Below, one piece after another: positions 13,020-26,115 of a stretch of DNA of 64,000 nucleotides. The stretch's first letter is position 1. Every line of letters begins with the position of its first letter. A program made the position numbers and the translations under genes. The notes under the pieces are model-generated. The model saw only the letters and a list, made by a program, of their open reading frames with translations. It was not told the origin of the DNA and did not search any database. The stretch is from Octopus sinensis (lineage: Eukaryota): the NCBI RefSeq assembly GCF_006345805.1, contig NC_043001.1, positions 15,066,001 through 15,130,000 on the forward strand, written 5' to 3'.

Positions 13020-13686
13020 TTCCATGCCTCTGGAAATAGTCAAGTGGTTGTCAGAAAATTTCTACAACTTCACCAGCCCCAATTTCTGGCCTCCGAATTC
13101 TCCCAATTGCAATGCCATGGAATACTATGTGTGGCATGTAATTGGAAAAGACACCAACTGTTTTACCTGTAACACCAAAGTCAAGATCAAGGAAGTGTTC
13201 AAAGTTCTTCCCATGGACAATGTGAGGAAGACATGTACCGAGTTCTGGAGCCACCTTGATGCTGTGGTGGAGGCTGAGGGTTGCTACTTTGAATAAACTG
13301 TTATCTCCCATCATTCATCATCATCATCATCCTTTAGCATCCGCTTTCCATGCTAGCATGGGTTGGACGGTTCAACTGGGTGTCTGTGAAGCCAGAAGGC
13401 TGCATCAGGCCCAGTCTGATCTGGCAGTGTTTCTACGGCTGGATGCCCTTCCTAACGCCAACCACTCCGTGAGTGTAGTGGGTGCTTTTTACGTGCCACC
13501 CGCACAGGTGCCAGACAGAGCTGGCAAACGGCCATGGACGGATGGTGCTTTTTACGTGCCACCGGCACGGGGGCTAGGCGAGTAATCTATTTAAAAATTT
13601 TTGATTAAAAAAAAATTGTTTTGAATGAGATATTGTATTTTCTTTTCCTTTTATGCAAACTGTCAAATTTAGCACAAACACCCTGT
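13020..13686 (+). mobile_element. 3' fragment of a Tc1/mariner-superfamily (maT/DD37D-like) transposon, split by a SINE
   Basis: ORF 13024..13296 contains WPPNSPNCNAMEYYVW...DAVVEAEGCYFE*. After a SINE (about 13315-13575) the element ends in a CACCCTG|TA terminus. Confidence 0.75.
13315..13575 (-). mobile_element. (GAT)n-tailed SINE/RTE-related short repeat family (representative copy)
   Basis: CATCATCATC...CCGCTTTCCATGCTAGCATGGGTTGGACGG...GGATGCCCTTCCTAACGCCAACCACTCC. Many copies, e.g. 2305, 4175, 6660, 9710, 13975, 16650, 21265, 23730, 29095, 32305, 44535, 46365, 52295, 62720. Confidence 0.85.
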
Positions 13687-13756
13687 ATAGTCTTAGACAC
13701 TGTAGGTTAGTAAAAGAGAGCTTTGTGATATATATATATCAGAATATCATTCTTAC

Positions 13757-13860
13757 CTGTTAAAAGCCAAACCAAAAGCTGGAATAATGTTGTTTTATTG
13801 CAGATATACTTTAGACCTTTTTGGTTTATAGATATGTTGTAGAGGGACATCAAAATGAGA
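13757..13860 (-). CDS. HSF2BP: HSF2BP internal coding exon, phase 2 to 1: (N)LILMSLYNISINQKGLKYICNKTTLFQLLVWLLT(E)
   Basis: ...ttcctattttcag|TCTCATTTTG...TTAACAG|gtaaga; 104 nt = 1 + 34 codons + 1. Near-identical motif to human 'LMLMSLYNVSINLKGLKYI...LLWWLL'. Too short to appear in the ORF track. Confidence 0.96.
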
Positions 13861-15335
13861 CTGAAAATAGGAAACAGAGAAAAAATACTTTAAAATATAA
13901 TTGTTCTCCAAATTGTGTACTTTCAATAAATCAAAACTAAAACAAGTAACAATTTAAAATGATGAGTTTATTAAAGAGATGGTGGCATGTAAAAAGCACT
14001 AACCAATTGTGTCCGTTGCCAGCCTCCTCTTGCCCCTGTGCCGGTGGCATGTAAAAATCCCCCACTACACTCACGAAGTGATTGGCGTTAGGAAGGGCAT
14101 CCAGCTGTAGAAACACTGCCAGATCAGACTGGAGCCTGGTGCAGCCTCCTGGCTTCCCAGACCCTGGTTGCACTGTCCAACCCATGCTAGCATGCAAAAC
14201 GGACGTTAAACGATGATGATGATGATCTGAGTATGCTCTGCTTGATGATGCACAATATCAGTATGCATGACAGTGCACATATGTGCTGAGAAAAATGTGC
14301 ATCAGAAAAATTAACTGTAGTGTGCAAGAGAAAAAACTGTTCTGAAGCAGGCATATGAAGAATGACAATTGTGTGAAGGTTTAAGTGAGTGAAAAGAAGA
14401 TATGAGAAGAAATGAATTTTAATTTTAGGATGCTAGATTTCTTGGAGATGAAAAGAAGCCAGAACTAGTATCAAAAAGCTATACTTGAAAACAATTCATT
14501 AATTTAATGCCAACATGAAAAAACAGGTGTAAAATTATGTCAAGTGTTATATGGTTGACTGTCCATTGGTTTCAACAATGAAGATTCAGTCATTTGATCA
14601 AGTGAATTGTCTACTCATTGAATAAGTATGGAAGTGGCTGAGTACTTCACAGACACATGTACTCTTAATATAATTATCAGAGCCAGTGCGACAAAGCTGT
14701 ACCTTTTGAAGTAAAGACACAGTCCATCCAATAAGCTTCTATACAGTTTCCATATCTCCAATTTCTCCTCATAAAGTATGAGTCAATCTAAAACCATAGG
14801 AAAATGACATTTGCTCAAGATACCATGCACCGGGATTGAACCTAGGACCTCGTGATTACAAAGCAAACTTCTTAACTATTTGTTCATACTGCACAAAAGA
14901 CCGACCAGTCTGGCCCTTTGCTGTACTCAGGAAGACCCGTACTATGCAGTAGAAGTGTTAAGACTGGTCCCTCTGGTGACTAATGTACTAATGGCTGTGC
15001 CATGCTAAACTGGTAGGTGTTAGAAAGGGCATCCAGCCATAGAAACCATACCAAAACAAATTCTAGTCTTGTGCAACTCCCCAGCTTTGGTCAAACTGTC
15101 CAACCCATGCCAGCATGGACAATAGACGTTAAATGATGATGATGTACCTATTTCCTAAAAACTACATTACAAGTTTAATGATTATTAAAATGGTTATCAA
15201 AATATTTCAATGTTTACTTAGAAATTATTACCAGCATCATTATTTGTTCTGTTTCTTTCAAACAGATATTTCCAGTCATGTCTTGGAAATGTATCTACAG
15301 TTTCACTTTTCGCTTTTGTTCTGTTATAAGATCTA

Positions 15336-15790
15336 TTGGGTTGATGCATAATTATTGCGGCTTTTTTTCAACAAAAACAATAACAACCCGTAACAAAAAC
15401 ATCTTTAACCCTTTAGCATTTAAACCGGCCATATCCAGCCAAAAATAATCTACTTGTTTTATGTTCAAACTAGCCATATCTGGTCTCTCACACCAGCCCT
15501 ACAATACCGTTTAAAAAATTAACAGCTACCTCATTAAAATCTCATAGCTCCAAGATAATGCATGATTAGTTCAAAACAATGTAGATGAAGAAGCATTAAC
15601 TTTGACAGAATAATGCGAACACTAAAGGGTTAAATGATTATTCTGGAGCATATTCACCATCTACTTCAATTACTGCTGCTTGGCAGACAGTCAGACCATA
15701 ATTTAAAGATGTTTTTGTTAAATATTGTTATTGTTTTTGTTAAATAAAATTTGTTGAAAAAGAAGCCGCAATAATTATGCACCAACCCAG
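15336..15790. mobile_element. Mariner-type MITE with long TIRs, carrying a nested piggyBac-like MITE
   Basis: TA|TTGGGTTGATGCATAATTATTGCGGCTT...AAGCCGCAATAATTATGCACCAACCCAG|TA; the TIR resembles the Hsmar1/MADE1 type. Confidence 0.85.
15409..15629. mobile_element. piggyBac-like MITE family B
   Basis: TTAA|CCCTTTAGCATT...AACACTAAAGGG|TTAA; homologous (inverted) to 62474-62694. Confidence 0.85.
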
Positions 15791-17712
15791 TAGTTCTCTC
15801 AAATTGTACCATATTTAACCTATCTCTTCTCTTGCAAATTCTTACAATAAACTGATAATTCTTTATCATACATTCATTATCTTTTTTTTATCATAGTCTC
15901 TTTTCCTCTCTCACTCACAGATATTGAAAAGTACTTCTACACAGTTACTTGACTGGCAAAAAAAGTAACAGCCAACAGCCAGATCTCCCTGAAATCACAC
16001 CCTGAAGTCTTCCCAAAATAAGAAGGTTATTCATGGCTGGATTGTCTTTGATCATAGCTGCACTGGACCAAAGTTGATTTGAGAAATAACAGCAAATGCA
16101 AATCTACAAAATAATACATCACCAGACTATGTACAACTCAGCCACACACACTGACCATGCTGTAGCCTCTTGCAACATATTTAGTAAAAGCACTATACTA
16201 AATATATATTTTTTTCCCTGTCACTTCGGTCATCTAGATAACATATCCCTTAAAATCAACAGTAAAAGTTCATGTAAAACTTTAAAGCAGGTGGATTATA
16301 AATATCAATTTTAAATTAACTGGTATCCTTTATTATCTCAGTTTCTGCTCCAATCAAGGTGCATTATCTACATACAATTAAGTTACAATCTGTTATCTTC
16401 CAATCTGTGAAAGTTTTTAGCTCCAGATACTCTACTGCTAACCTACATATTAGTTTCTTATCTATTTTAATTATGAGTCTGATATCCCATCTAGTTTTGC
16501 AAGTTCTTACATTGGTCTTTTAATATAAATTAGGTAATTTGCATTGAAATGCATCAACGATAAGCCAAATCTGAAATCTGCTGTAAAGTTTTTCAATGTA
16601 AGGATAAACAAAACAGAAGGACTGCATGAACAGAAATCTAAAAAAAAACATCCAAACGTGGCCGTTGCCAGCACCGCCTCAACTGGCCTCCGTGCCAGTG
16701 GCATGTAAAAAGCACCAACCAATCGTGGCCGTTGCCAGCCTCGCCCCTGGCACCTGTGCTGGTGGCACGTGAAAAGCACCCACTACACTCACGGAGTGGT
16801 TGGTGTTTGAAAGGGCATCCAGCATTAAAACACTGCCAGATCAAACTGGGCCTGGTGCAGCCTCCTGGCTTCCCAGACCCCAGTCAAACTGTCCAACTCA
16901 TGCTAGCATGGAAAGTGGACGTTAAACGATGATGATCGATTTCAAATTCTGGCACAAGGCCAGCAACTTTAGGGGAAGTGGGTGTGTTGATTACATCTAA
17001 CCCAGTGCTCAACTGGTACTTATTTTATCAATCACAAAAGGATGAAAGGCAGGGTCGACTTCAGTGGAATTTGAACTCAGAATGTAAAGACAGACAAAAT
17101 GCCGCTAAGCATTTCACCTGGCTTGCTCATGATACTGCCAACTTATCACCTTAAATCTAATAAATACATATTAAAAACTTATTGTTTTGGATTTATATAT
17201 TTTTTATTTTGTATCACAACCGGGTGAACAACAGAGTTCATTGGTTGAAGATTTTCAACGAACCAAGTTATGGATTTATTGCATTTTTGATGGTGAGATT
17301 ACCTAGGGAGCGTTTGCAACTGAGGGCTGAGTACAATGTCCCCAGGTGACTGGTTGTTGATTTGATGACTGCATTGCTGATGTGTCTCTATGCGTTTTAT
17401 AAAGCTACCAACATTGTTACAATATCTACAGATGATTCAAGAGGCAAGCAACAGTGTTGGTACAATGTGTCTTGGTGATTTATAGAGCTATCAACATTGT
17501 CGAAACAATATCTCTATGTGAATAGTGGAGATAGCAACATTGTTACTAGACACTACAAATCACTTGGAGACATAGCAGTGATTGGTATGGTTAGTAACAC
17601 AGCTGATATAATGTTGTTTGGTAGCTTGTGCAGCTCACAACATTGTTATGATACTATCTCCAATTGTGGCATTGAAGAAAGATGAGTATCATCACCATTG
17701 TTCCTCATTTAA

Positions 17713-18341
17713 CCCTTTCGTTACGATATTTATTTTGAGATGCTCTGTGTTTCTTTTCTGTGTTATTTTAAATATAACAAAGAATTTAGTAAAATGACTT
17801 ACTCTTTTACTTGCTTCAGTCATTTGACTGCGGCCATGCTGGAGCACTGCCTTTAGTTGGGCAAATCGACACCAGGACTTATTCTTTGTAAGCCCAGTAC
17901 TTATTCTATCGGTCTCTTTTGCCAAACCGCTAAGTTACGAGGATGTAAACACACCAGCATCAGTTGTCAAGCAATGTTGGAGTGACAAACACAGACACAC
18001 AAACACACACACTTATATATATATATATATATATATACATACACACGATGGGTTTCTTTCAGTTTCCGTCAACCAAATCCACTCGCAAGGTTTTGGTCGG
18101 CCCGAGGCTATAGTAGAAGACACTTGCCCAAGGTGCCACGCAGTGGGACTGAACCCGGAACCCTGTGGTTGGTAAGCAAGCTACTTACCACTCAGCCACT
18201 CCTGCACCTATCATTCAGCTAGTGTTAGGAACATAAATTGTGATGAAAATTTGGTGGAAGATTTTAATTCAAAACTTACGAAGACAAAACTTTTGTACTA
18301 CAGAGCCAGAGCCAGTTTCAGCCAGGTTGGTGACGAAAGAG
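17713..18341. mobile_element. piggyBac-like MITE family A interrupted by a SINE (about 17799-18208)
   Basis: TTAA|CCCTTTCGTTAC...GTGACGAAAGAG|TTAA; the two halves join to match 20794-21004. Confidence 0.85.
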
Positions 18342-20793
18342 TTAATGTTCGTTTCCATGGAGGCTTGGGTTGCATGGTCAGACAGGAGCTGGAGTTGTCT
18401 GTATTGGCATGGTTTCTATGGTTGGATGCCCTTCTTAATGCCAACCTCTTTACAGAGTGCACTGGGTGCTTTTTATGTGGCACCAGCACAGGGTGAGTAC
18501 TATGTGATGAAGTTTCACAGTCAAACAATAAAAGTTAAGCAGAGGATGGATGGATGGGAAAGCATAAGAGAAAGTGGTCAGGTTAGATCTTGTGATGTTC
18601 AGTTTCACAAATAGGATCAAGACAATTGGCAATATGATGTCCTTCCTAACCATACTAGCAGGGGAAAAGATATCAAAATGATGACAATTCACCTTAGTCA
18701 GATGTCTTCTATTATAGCCCTGGGCTGACCAAAGCTCTGTGAATGGATTTGGTAAACAGAAACAAAAAGAAACTTGTCATGCATGTATGTATTTTGTCTC
18801 CTTGCCTCAGCTTTGTGCAACAGTTGTAAACGAGTGTCACCCTCATGCAAGCAGTTTTCTTTGTTTCCAAATATCCATGAAAACATAATTGTCCATGGGG
18901 AAATATTACCTTATTTGGAATTAGGTGAGGGAAGGTGACAGGAAAGGCATCCAGCCGCAGAAAAATCTGCCTCTAAAAATTCCTTCCAACTCATGCAAGC
19001 ATGGAAAAGTGGACTTTCAACCAATAATGAGAACAAGTTTGATGATGAAGAAGATGATGGTGGTGGTGGTGGTGGTGGTGGTGGTGAGGACAGTGACAAC
19101 AACAGTAAAAACAATCATGATTTATGCCTTTTGGCCATTCTGCTAATTTCCTTCATTTAACCAAAGAAATTAGTGGCATCAGAAATAGGATTTGTCAAAA
19201 TGGTAAAGGCATCAATAGACATTGGAATCATCATTCAACAACTTCTAAGGTTATCTCAGAGATTCAGACATTTTCAGCTTGTGAGAAATTTTTCTCAGAG
19301 TTCAGAATAATAAATTTACTGCTAAATATGAGTCATATATATCTGTTAGTAAGAGGACAGCTTCTCAATAAATTTAAAACTAGAATATTAAGATATATAC
19401 AATTTATTGTACATCTTGTTTTAATAAAGATATTTCATTCCGTGTTTATATTTTCATAACTGAATTTTGTATGATAGCTTCGTTCTCAGATGAAATAAAT
19501 ATCTTACACAGAAGTGTAAGCAGTAACGAACTCAACTAGTAAGAAAGTAAAACACTTGCTCTGAAATAGTAAATCATGTCAGGAAATGAGAAATGTTCAC
19601 TTTGAAATAATCATTCTATATAGGTGTAAGAGTGGCTGTGTGGTAAGAAGCTTGCTTCCAAACCACATGGTTTCAGGTTCAGTCCCACTGCATGGCACCT
19701 TGGGCCAACCAAAGCCTTGTGAGTGGATTTGGTAGATGGAAACTAATAGAAACCCATCATGTGTGTGTGTGTGTATATATATATATATAGGTGCAGGAGT
19801 GGCTGTGTGGTAAGAAGCTTGCTTCCCAACCACATGGTTTCGGGTTCAGTCCCACTGCGTGGTACCTTGGGCAAGTGTCTTCTACTATAGCCTCGGTCCG
19901 ACCAAAGCCTTGTGAGTGGATTTGGTAGATGGAAACTGAAAGAAGCCAGTTGTGTATATATACGTATATATATATTTGTGTGTTTGTGTTTGTCCCTCCC
20001 CACCATCGCTTGACAACCGATGTTGGTCTCTTTTGCCAAACTGCTAAGTTACGGGGACATAAACACACAAATAGAACAAGAACTAGGCTTACAAAGCATA
20101 AGTCCTGGGGTCGGTTTGTTTGACTAAAGGCGGTGCTCCAGCATGGCCGCAGTCAAATGACTGAAACGAGTAAAAGAGTATTAAAGCTAATGAATTCAAT
20201 GCATTTTTGTAGGAAGTGTGAATATTCTGTGATGTGAATTTGTATTTTATTATAAGTATTTCAGAGAAATTATTTAATGGAAGCACTAAAAGCCTTTCTG
20301 AAGTCATGTGGTAAAAGAGTTTCAGAGAATTGCAGTAATATATAGGATTAAGGTCTATAATGAAAAAAACAGAGAGGAAGTTCATTAGCTGGAAAGGAAA
20401 ACTACTGGCTAAGATTATGATAGATGACCAGATGAATGGGAAAGCTAGAAATCTGACTAAATGAAACATTTCTGGTGCAGATGTTGTTAAGCTAAAACCT
20501 TTGGAGTTCCCTTGACAAATCAATTTTGTGTTTTTGTTTATATTTGCAAATGTGACTAATACCAGATGTTTAACATTCTAGAAAAAAAGATTAAAAAAAA
20601 AAGAAAGAACCAAATTGAACTGAATATTCAATACACTCACCAATAAATATTAAGGGATTTTTAAAACTTTGATATCTTAACCCTTTTGTGACCATCCTTC
20701 GAATGAAATACACTACCTATATGTTTCGATAAATTTTGAAAATAATTAAGATTTTGGAGGAATCTAGTAAAATAACCAACCTTTATATCTTAA

Positions 20794-21004
20794 CTCTTTC
20801 GTTACTGTATTTCTGTTGAGATGCTCTGTGTTTCTTTCAATTAATTTTAAATATAAGAAAGAATTTAGTAAAATAACTTAGTTATCATTCAGCTGGTGTT
20901 AGGAACATAAAGGTTTGGTGGAAGATTTTAATTCAAAACTTATGGAAACAAAACATTTGTACTCAGAGCCTGAGCCAGTTTCAGCCGGGTTGATAACGAA
21001 AGGG
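20794..21004. mobile_element. piggyBac-like MITE family A, intact copy
   Basis: TTAA|CTCTTTCGTTAC...ATAACGAAAGGG|TTAA. Confidence 0.85.
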
Positions 21005-21921
21005 TTAAAGTTGATGTTAATTGAAAGAAAGGCCATTACATAAAATCATTATGGAAGGTTTTAATTAATATATGAGCATTTCAAAATGGGCAGCTTTCTG
21101 CCATAGAACTAGAGGTGGTCTCATGTGGGTCGCTATCAAAAGGGTTAATAACTAAATATGCTTGAAATAAATCAAAAGTGACTTTGTGGGAGAAACCTCA
21201 GAAGCTTAACAGCTGATGATTATAAAACTAGAAGTCATAAAAACTGCCAGTGTTAAAACTGAAACTTCATCATCATCATCATTGTTTAATGTCCGTTTTT
21301 CACGTTGGCATGGGTTGGACGTTTTGACTGAGGTCTGGAGAGCCAGCAGCTGCACTAGGCTCCAATCTGATCAGGCAAGGTTTCTACAGCTGGATGCCCT
21401 TCCTAATGCCAACCACTTCACAGAGTGTATTGGGTGCTTAGATTCTATTGAAACAAGTTGGACAATACTATTTTGACAAAGCTACAAACGCGGTCCTAAC
21501 TAAAACATAGAATTGATAGAGACTGCGAGATCTGAGTAAATATAGACACACTTTGAATAACATTTTTTTCTTTCAAATTCTTTACTGATTTCAGTTACTG
21601 GGTTGTAGTATTAATGAGTGCTGCCTTCAAGGATTTAGTTCATTATACTGGGCCTTAAAATTTAACTTGGTTTGTATCTATTTTATTGATCTCTAATTTT
21701 CTAAGTGCTGAGTTATAAGAAAGAGAGGGATACAACATAAACAACACCAGTTTTAACAATTGGTGTAAAAAGAAAAATGCACACACACACACACACACAC
21801 AGTGAGCAAGCACACAGAGTTTCCACCAACTAAATTCTGCTTACAAAGTATTAATCAACCCAAAATCATTGGTAATCGCTTTCTCAAAGAGTTGTACAGG
21901 AAAATTGAACCTGGAAGCATG

Positions 21922-21956
<35 letters not shown>

Positions 21957-22395
21957 GTGCGTGTGTATTAAAAAAGTAACATTGCCAATATGAATCCAAC
22001 AGTCTCTGATGTAAACTATAATACATCCTAACCATTACAGCAAGGTGACATCATAATTTTGACCATTGAAATTAGAAGACCTTATCCGACAAGCTATCAT
22101 TTGGCCATACCAGTGGTCTGTCAGTCAGGAACTTGGTTAACACAGCATTAAGATAAGTTATTATATAAGACTCACCACAAATATTATATCTTTTGTAATG
22201 GATTTAGAATTATACAACCTGGGATATTCAACAAAGAATATCTCAACACCACTAAGCCATATCAGCAAACTCTGATGAGCATATGGTTATATAATCAGGT
22301 TGTTACCTAACACTCTTTTGTATTCCTAGCACGAAACCAATTGGTAAGATCAGTCATGATGGATACATAATATTGTACATTTCGAATAATATATA

Positions 22396-23428
22396 TATAT
22401 GGATTGGACAAAATAATGGAAACCCCTTAAAATTTCAAACAAATTAATTTTAATATGGAGTAAGTAATTACTGTTTTTGGCAGTAATTACAGCTTGAATT
22501 CTACGAGCTATGGACCCGTACAAAGTTTGAATCGTTACAAAATATTTTTTGTCCATTCTTCAGCTAAAACAGTCTCCAGTTCTTGTAGTGATGAAGGTGG
22601 AGGATATCAACTCCTTACTTGTTTTTCTAAAATGCACCATAAATGTTCAATGATATTGAGATCTGGGGACTGTGGTGGCCAGGTAAGAAGTTCAACTTCA
22701 CTAGAATGTTCCTCGTGCCATCCAGTAATAACTTTAGCTGTGTGAACCTACAGAATTGGTCCTTATAGCAGTGGAAGAATTTTATTTTCTCAGATGAGTC
22801 ATCCTTCACCTTATTTCTGACCACCAGTCGAGTATACGTGTGGAGACAGCCAAAAGAAGCATTTAACCTAGACTGCCTTCTTCCAGCTGTTAAACATGGA
22901 TGAGGATCTGTGATGATCTGATGGGGCTATATCTTGGAAATTCGCCGGCCTAATGGTTTCCCTTCATGGCAGAATTAATAGTCAAAACTATTTAAGCATT
23001 TTATCTGATCAAATTCATCCTATGGTTGTGGAACTGTTTCTGGAGGGAAACGCAATCTTTCAGGATGATAATGCACCAATTCACACAGCTAAAGTTCTTA
23101 CTGAATGGCACAAGGAACATTCTAGTGAAGTTGAACATTTTATCTGGCCATCAAAGTCACCATTTCTCAATATTATTGTACATTTATGGTGCATTTTAGA
23201 AAAACAAATAAGGAGTCGATATCCTCCACCATCATCATCACTACAAGAACTGGAGACTTTTTAGCTGAAGAATGGACAAAAATTCCTTTGGAAACAATTC
23301 AAACTTTGTATGAGTCCATACATCGTAGAATTCAAGCTGTAATTACTGCCAAAAGCAGTCCTACCCCATAATAAAATAAATTTGTTTGAAAATTTAAGGT
23401 GTTTCCATTATTTTGTTCAACCCCTGTG
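22396..23428 (+). mobile_element. Fold-back Tc1 derivative with a degenerate DDE catalytic domain and about 350-bp inverted arms
   Basis: 22396-22746 is the reverse complement of 23080-23428. The plus strand reads WKNFIFSDESSF...KHG*GSVMIYG...FQDDNAPIHT...WPSKSPFLNIIVHLW...RRIQAVITAK with one stop and one frameshift. The right terminus ...TTGTTCAACCCCTG is Tc1-like. Confidence 0.9.
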
Positions 23429-23434
23429 TATGTA

Positions 23435-23473
<39 letters not shown>

Positions 23474-24269
23474 ATATATATATATATATATGTGTGTATG
23501 TATGTGTGTGTGTGTATTTGTGTATCTGTGTTTGTCCCCCCACCATAGGTTGACAACCGATGTAGGTGTGTTTACATCCCCATAACTTAGTGGTGCGGCA
23601 AAAGAGACCGATAGAATAAGTACTAAGCTTGCAAAGAATAATCCCTGGGTTTGATTTGTTTGACTAAAGGTGGTGCTCCAGTATGGCCACAGTCAAAATG
23701 ACTGAAACAAGTAAAGAAAATATATATAGTCATGGCCATTGCTGCCTGACTGGCTCCTGTGCTGGTGGCACGTAAAAAGTACAATTCAAGTATGGTCGTT
23801 GCCAGTACCGCATGACTAGCTCCTGTATCGGTGGCACATGAAAAGCACTATTCAAGTGTGGTTGATGCTAGTACTGCCTGATTGACCCTCATGCCGGTGC
23901 CACATAAAAAGCACCCACTACACTCTTGGAGTGGTTGGCATTAGGAAGGGCATCCAGCTGTAGAAACTTTGGCAGATCAGATTGGAGCCTGGTGCAACCT
24001 CCTGGCTTGCCAGCCCTCAGTCAAACCATCCAACCCATACCAGCATGGAAAGCGGACGTTAAATGACGACGATGATGATGATATAAATATATATATATAT
24101 GTATATATAAAGAAAAGTGTGTAGGTATGTGTGTAATTGTCACACCTTTTTGAACAATTTATAAAATATCTTAACAATGTTATTAAACAGCTGATGTGAT
24201 TTAAAAGCTTGTTCTTTCACTACCAAAGCTGTTTATGATAGCAATGTTAAAATAATGTTATTATATAAT

Positions 24270-24810
24270 AAACAACAGAGGGTGATATAGTGGTGGAAGA
24301 AGGAGATGGACAGTGCTATAAAGGCAAAAAGGCAGGCCTGGAAAGACTGGAAAAATGGTGGAAGTAGAGAATCGTATCAGGTAGCCAGAAGGGAATCAAG
24401 GCGACTGGTTTACATAGCAATGAATTAGCAGAATTTGAGAGATTTACCCATGTTCTATAGTGTGAAAATCAGAGGTATGAAATGTTCAGGATGGGAAAGC
24501 AGTGTATCAGAGTATAGAGATGAAGGTGAGAAATGTGTGCAAATAGATGATGGTATGCTTGCACTTAGTGACTCAAAGAAGAAAGATGTGTGGAGGTATC
24601 ACTATGAAAGGTTGTTGAATGTGGAAAATGAATGGAAGGAGAGTCTTTCAAATATCGAACCAATTGAGGGACCAGCCATCAGAGTTGTTAGCAGTATAAT
24701 AGATAAGGCAATTGGGGATATTAAGACAGGGCAAGGCCCTGGAGCATCGGGCATCACTGCTGAGATGAGTAATATCTGGCGGTGTAGTATACAGCCTATT
24801 TACTTGCATA
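24270..24810 (+). mobile_element. RTE-type LINE fragment (region preceding the RT domain)
   Basis: ORF 24435..24815 contains WRYHYERLLNVENEW...DKAIGDIKTGQGPGASGITAEM, typical of non-LTR ORF2 just upstream of RT. Confidence 0.8.
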
Positions 24811-25528
24811 ATTAGTCAGGTTATTCAGGAATTATTTATTTATTTATTTATGTATATATATATATGTGTGTGTGTGTGTGTGGAGGTGCAATGGCCCAGT
24901 GGTTAGGGCAACGAACTTGTGGTCAAAGGATCATGGTTTCGATTCCCAGACCGGGCACTGTGTTTATTGAGCGAAAACACTTGAAGCTCCACGAGGCTCC
25001 GGCATGGGGTGGTGGCAATCCCTGCTGTACTCTTTGCCCACAACTTTCTTTCACACTTACTTCCTATTTCTGTTGTACCTGTATTTCAAAGGGCCAGCCT
25101 TGTCACACTCTGTGTCACGCTGAATTTCCCCGAGAACTACGTTAAGGGTACACGTGTCTGTGGAGTGCTCAGTCACTTACACGTTAGTTTCATGAGCAGG
25201 CTGTTCTGTTGATTGGATCGGCTGTGACCCTCATTGTCGTAACCAACGGAGTGCTGCAAATATATATATATAAAACCATACATTCACACATATATACACA
25301 CACACATATACTCACATTAACATGCAGTCCACATAAGCGTACACTTAGACATACATACCCACAAGCACATACACCTACTTCTGCTTTTTCTTATTGTTGT
25401 TTCTCCTTGTTTCTTTCTGTGGAAGAGCATAGGCTCGAAACATTAAAGACTTTTTCACTTCCGAGCATTAAACTAATACTAATACACCACCTGTCTTTGT
25501 CTTTTGTTTTTTTGTGAATTCTCCTCTC

Positions 25529-25569
<41 letters not shown>

Positions 25570-25671
25570 TAAAAATGGTAAGATAACAAAATATGAGGAC
25601 ACTATATATATATAGTGTCCACATAAGTGCATACATACACGTATCCGGTACTCTTAGTTACATTTGAATTA

Positions 25672-26070
25672 TCTTTATATATAAAAGAGAAGTTGTGTGT
25701 CTGTCTCCTACGATTTAGATTCCTAACTACTCCCACATTTTGCGGTGCAGTTTAACCAAAACCGGGTATCTTATAGTCGTGATTCATATCGAGCCCTTCT
25801 GGGTATTAGCGCACGTCTACGATGAGTCTACGATTTAAAAAAAAAATTTACCATAATTTTTTTCCATTTTAATGCATTTTTTCGCTATTATATAAGGGAA
25901 GTAACTCTCTAAAAATGTCTACGATGAGTCAACGATTTAAAATTAAAATTTACCATCATTTTTTTCAATTTTTAATGCATTTTTTTGCTATTTTTTGGCT
26001 ATAACTCTCTAAAAATGCTTATATAGTTATTTCCCTTACAAACCCGAGCAACACCGGGCAATACTGCTAA
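25672..26070 (+). mobile_element. Non-autonomous Helitron
   Basis: A|TCTTTATATATAAAAG...CCCGAGCAACACCGGG-(8 nt)-CTAA|T: 5' TC, subterminal hairpin, CTRR end and A/T target. Contains an internal duplication starting GTCTACGATGAGTC. Confidence 0.8.
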
Positions 26071-26115
26071 TTATTAATACAACACAAAGCTATATATTAT
26101 CATTATATAAACATA

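Noticed and set aside
16510-16637. AG...GTAAG-bounded segment on the minus strand as an extra exon
   Set aside because: The peptide (DFCSCSPSVLFILTLKNF...) is not HSF2BP-like, and the flanking exons already join in phase and collinearly with the human protein.
25597-25620. Perfect short palindrome GGACAC(TA)nGTGTCC
   Set aside because: It is mostly self-complementary (TA)n, with only 6 informative base pairs.
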